In this document: positions 33,922 to 35,998 of the stretch, piece after piece | Layout: each line of letters starts with the position of its first letter | Position numbering within the stretch: position 1 is the stretch's first letter | Program-made: the position numbers and the translations under genes | The notes under the pieces: model-generated | Database searches by the model: none | The model's input: only the letters and a program-made list of their open reading frames with translations | Told to the model about the DNA's origin: nothing | Origin: Candidatus Nomurabacteria bacterium | GTDB taxonomy: Bacteria; Patescibacteriota; Minisyncoccia; Phycocordibacterales; CALRBL01 | Direction: 5' to 3' | DNA length: 35,998 nt | Assembly: GCA_963834935.1 (NCBI GenBank) | Contig: CAWIDS010000003.1 | Coordinates: forward strand, 1 to 35,998

Positions 33922-34741
33922 AATGCATCATACCGTCCTTGCCGGTCAAGTAATACAAGTAGCCGGTCTGAGTCGGATTGAGCGCCGCACTCAGTGCGTC
34001 GATACCAGGATTCGATATCGGCTCCAATGGCAATCCTTTTTGCTTATAGGTGGTAGGATCGGAATCCACTTGAAGCGCTATACCCAAGCTAAGCCTCTTT
34101 TCCAAGATTCCCGCTATAATGGAATAATCGTTCTTGTTATTGCCTTCTTCCTCGAGGATAGAAGCGACGGTAACGATCTCGTTCCAATCTTTTCCTTCGC
34201 TTTCGGCTTGAACTCGCAGCGGTTCAGTCTGAATTTCAAAATTGCTTTGAAGAGCGGCGATAATTTGAGCAGTTGATGACCCTTTGAAGAAATAGGTATC
34301 AGGAAAAAGATATCCTTGCAGCTTCGATGCATAATTAGTGAAATCAGAAGGATCAAAATCAGGGTAAGCTAGCTTGATCAGTCTTGCCATCTGCAGATTA
34401 GTCAGGCCTTCAGGCAAGACCACTTTTGTCTGTGGAATCTTGAAATCGCCTGAGGTAATTCTCGCCAATACGCCAAAAATGCTTTCCTTTTTCGAAAACA
34501 GATATTCGCCCGGTATTATGGAAGTGTCCTTGCCCTCGAGCTTCGCGATGATCCTGAAAAATGACGGCGAATTGATGAGATGATCCCTCGAGAAGGAAAA
34601 AGATATGTCCTCAAGGCTCGTTTCCGGAAGGATGTCGATAGTGATCGGAGAAAAATGAAAAGGGACAAAAAGCAGGAAATAAAAAAAGGCAAAAGCTAAT
34701 AGGAGAAAGATGATGAAGGATACCAGGAATGGCTTGCTCAT
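33872..34741 (-). CDS. mltG: Endolytic peptidoglycan transglycosylase MltG (YceG-like)
   Basis: N-terminal TM, QGYLFPDTY, VASILEEE, LQVD, PISNPG, YLYYLT....HYAKTYAEH. Confidence 0.93.
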   Translation of the reverse strand: MSKPFLVSFIIFLLLAFAFFYFLLFVPFHFSPITIDILPETSLEDISFSFSRDHLINSPSFFRIIAKLEGKDTSIIPGEYLFSKKESIFGVLARITSGDFKIPQTKVVLPEGLTNLQMARLIKLAYPDFDPSDFTNYASKLQGYLFPDTYFFKGSSTAQIIAALQSNFEIQTEPLRVQAESEGKDWNEIVTVASILEEEGNNKNDYSIIAGILEKRLSLGIALQVDSDPTTYKQKGLPLEPISNPGIDALSAALNPTQTGYLYYLTGKDGMMHYAKTYAEHLKNKKKYL

Positions 34742-35946
34742 CAGATAGGCAGATTAGAAGGCGCCTCGGCTTTCTTCGAATTGATGCGGGTGAATGTTGG
34801 AGTGTGCGCCACTTTTCCAGGGAAATGATAGAGAGTGGCTATTTCTTCACTCGTCATGACGAAATGCCTATGAGGAAAGAGCGGTTTAAAAAATGCGCGT
34901 TTCTTGTAAGCATCAAGTATTTCCTTTTTCTTCCTATTGAGGCGGAAATCCATGAAGTCCTCCCACGGATAGTCGAAGGCTGTGCCTCCCTCGGTTTTTA
35001 GCGAATTCAAGTCATTGCTTCCGAACTGCATGAATATTCCCCTCATGCCGTTCTGATTCGATTTATTGTATGAATCCTTTTTGGCAAGATAGATGACCCT
35101 GATGCCCGCATCAAACGCGAATTTCGAAATGCTTTTCTCGATTGCCTCAATGACAGCTTTTTCGCCTTTGGTCATGCGGTCGGCGCTTTCTCCTTCGCCC
35201 TTGTTGCGCTTCATCTTGGCCTTTACGTCTTCCTTGGCGAAATGCTTCCAGTCCACTTTCTGAAACCAGGTGCCTGGCAATTTCATCTCATTTTTGTGAA
35301 CACGGATAAGAATCTGAATCCATGCCTGCTCGCCAGCGCCAAGCGAGCCGAGATATTCGATCACCGGAGTGATTGGGTCGATCTTCAATTCCTCTTTCGG
35401 ATCCCGATCGAGGCCATAATCCACATACGTCTTCAAAGGATAGTGACTATCCTTTGATTTGATGTATTTGCCGCCCCACAGATCCATTTTTGACTTATCA
35501 AAAACCACAGGAGCGGCGTAATCCTCAACCTCTGCGATTTCTACATCGGGATACTGGCTGTACAGCTGCGATTCGATTATTTTCTTGAATTTCTCATTTG
35601 TCCAGATGAAAAACTTCACCTGCCCTTCGATAGAGACGAGCTCAAGAGAGAACCATGAGCGCATGCCTCCTTTCCAGTATTTATCGAACCAATTTCCCTC
35701 ACCTCCGCCCTGATACAAAGCATTAAGAAAAACCTCCATAGCGATAGGAGATTTGGTGATCTCTTTAGGCAGGCGGAATTCGAGAAGGATGAACTTCTGC
35801 TGCGAGATGAAGTCGAGGCGTACGTATTTGACCCAGGCATGCCAGAAAAAATAGCCGAGCATAACCGGCATGGCGAAAATAAGCAATATATAGAGGGCGT
35901 ACAGCGTCTGTATGACGATACCGGCTAATCCTTGTGGATCATTCAT
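34741..35946 (-). CDS. Conserved hypothetical membrane-anchored protein
   Basis: N-terminal TM, then LLEFRLPKEITKSP.AME, FSLELVS, IESQLYSQYPD, EEIATLYHFP; extended -10 TGG-TATAAT 6 nt upstream; 1-nt TGATG overlap with mltG. Confidence 0.75.
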   Translation of the reverse strand: MNDPQGLAGIVIQTLYALYILLIFAMPVMLGYFFWHAWVKYVRLDFISQQKFILLEFRLPKEITKSPIAMEVFLNALYQGGGEGNWFDKYWKGGMRSWFSLELVSIEGQVKFFIWTNEKFKKIIESQLYSQYPDVEIAEVEDYAAPVVFDKSKMDLWGGKYIKSKDSHYPLKTYVDYGLDRDPKEELKIDPITPVIEYLGSLGAGEQAWIQILIRVHKNEMKLPGTWFQKVDWKHFAKEDVKAKMKRNKGEGESADRMTKGEKAVIEAIEKSISKFAFDAGIRVIYLAKKDSYNKSNQNGMRGIFMQFGSNDLNSLKTEGGTAFDYPWEDFMDFRLNRKKKEILDAYKKRAFFKPLFPHRHFVMTSEEIATLYHFPGKVAHTPTFTRINSKKAEAPSNLPI

Positions 35947-35998
35947 GCCTTGATTATACCACAGAATATTTTCCTTCTTTAGTTTTCTTGAAGAATTT

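Noticed and set aside
33644-34276. 210 aa plus-strand ORF
   Set aside because: Antisense across mnmA and mltG; no recognisable features.
1-35998. Alternative genetic code 25 (UGA read as Gly), tRNA/rRNA genes, IS elements
   Set aside because: TGA terminates intact genes (for example at 26477, 32364 and 34741) and no conserved gene is interrupted by TGA. I saw no cloverleaf, rRNA signature, transposase or terminal inverted repeats.

Overview
A 36-kb, gene-dense bacterial window, almost entirely on the minus strand, read with the standard code (TAA, TAG and TGA all act as stops). Gene content and order point to Patescibacteria (CPR, Parcubacteria-like): a short AlaRS without C-Ala, a short L13, infA-rpmJ detached from the spc operon, a CPR-type pilin and an FtsA-like/baseplate-J-like pair. 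This taxonomic call is an inference. The right two-thirds is housekeeping: grpE-ORF-dnaK-dnaJ, infA-rpmJ-rpsM-rpsK-rpsD-rpoA-rplQ-rplM-rpsI, alaS, oligoendopeptidase F, UDG, a PD-(D/E)XK nuclease, mnmA and mltG. The left 17 kb is accessory and holds the best candidates for undescribed systems. (1) A tightly packed cluster of PaaK-like adenylating ligase, Rv1355c-type ThiF adenylase, nitroreductase, methyltransferase and 7TM histidine kinase (9805-16132) that looks like a small-molecule signal synthase coupled to its receptor. (2) A divergent TyrRS whose substrate-binding helix carries the TrpRS-type Met instead of Gln, next to TrpRS, an ABC exporter and a DUF2156/GNAT-like ORF that the ORF track missed (<1-880). 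(3) A clear PEP-CTERM protein in an apparent CPR genome. Also noted: a small ORF ending in TRAPAF directly upstream of dnaK, a family-4 UDG without Fe-S ligands, and a recurring TGn-TAnnnT-(6 nt)-ATG leaderless promoter layout. I saw no rRNA, tRNA, CRISPR array or transposase. All family assignments come from motif recognition by eye, not database searches.
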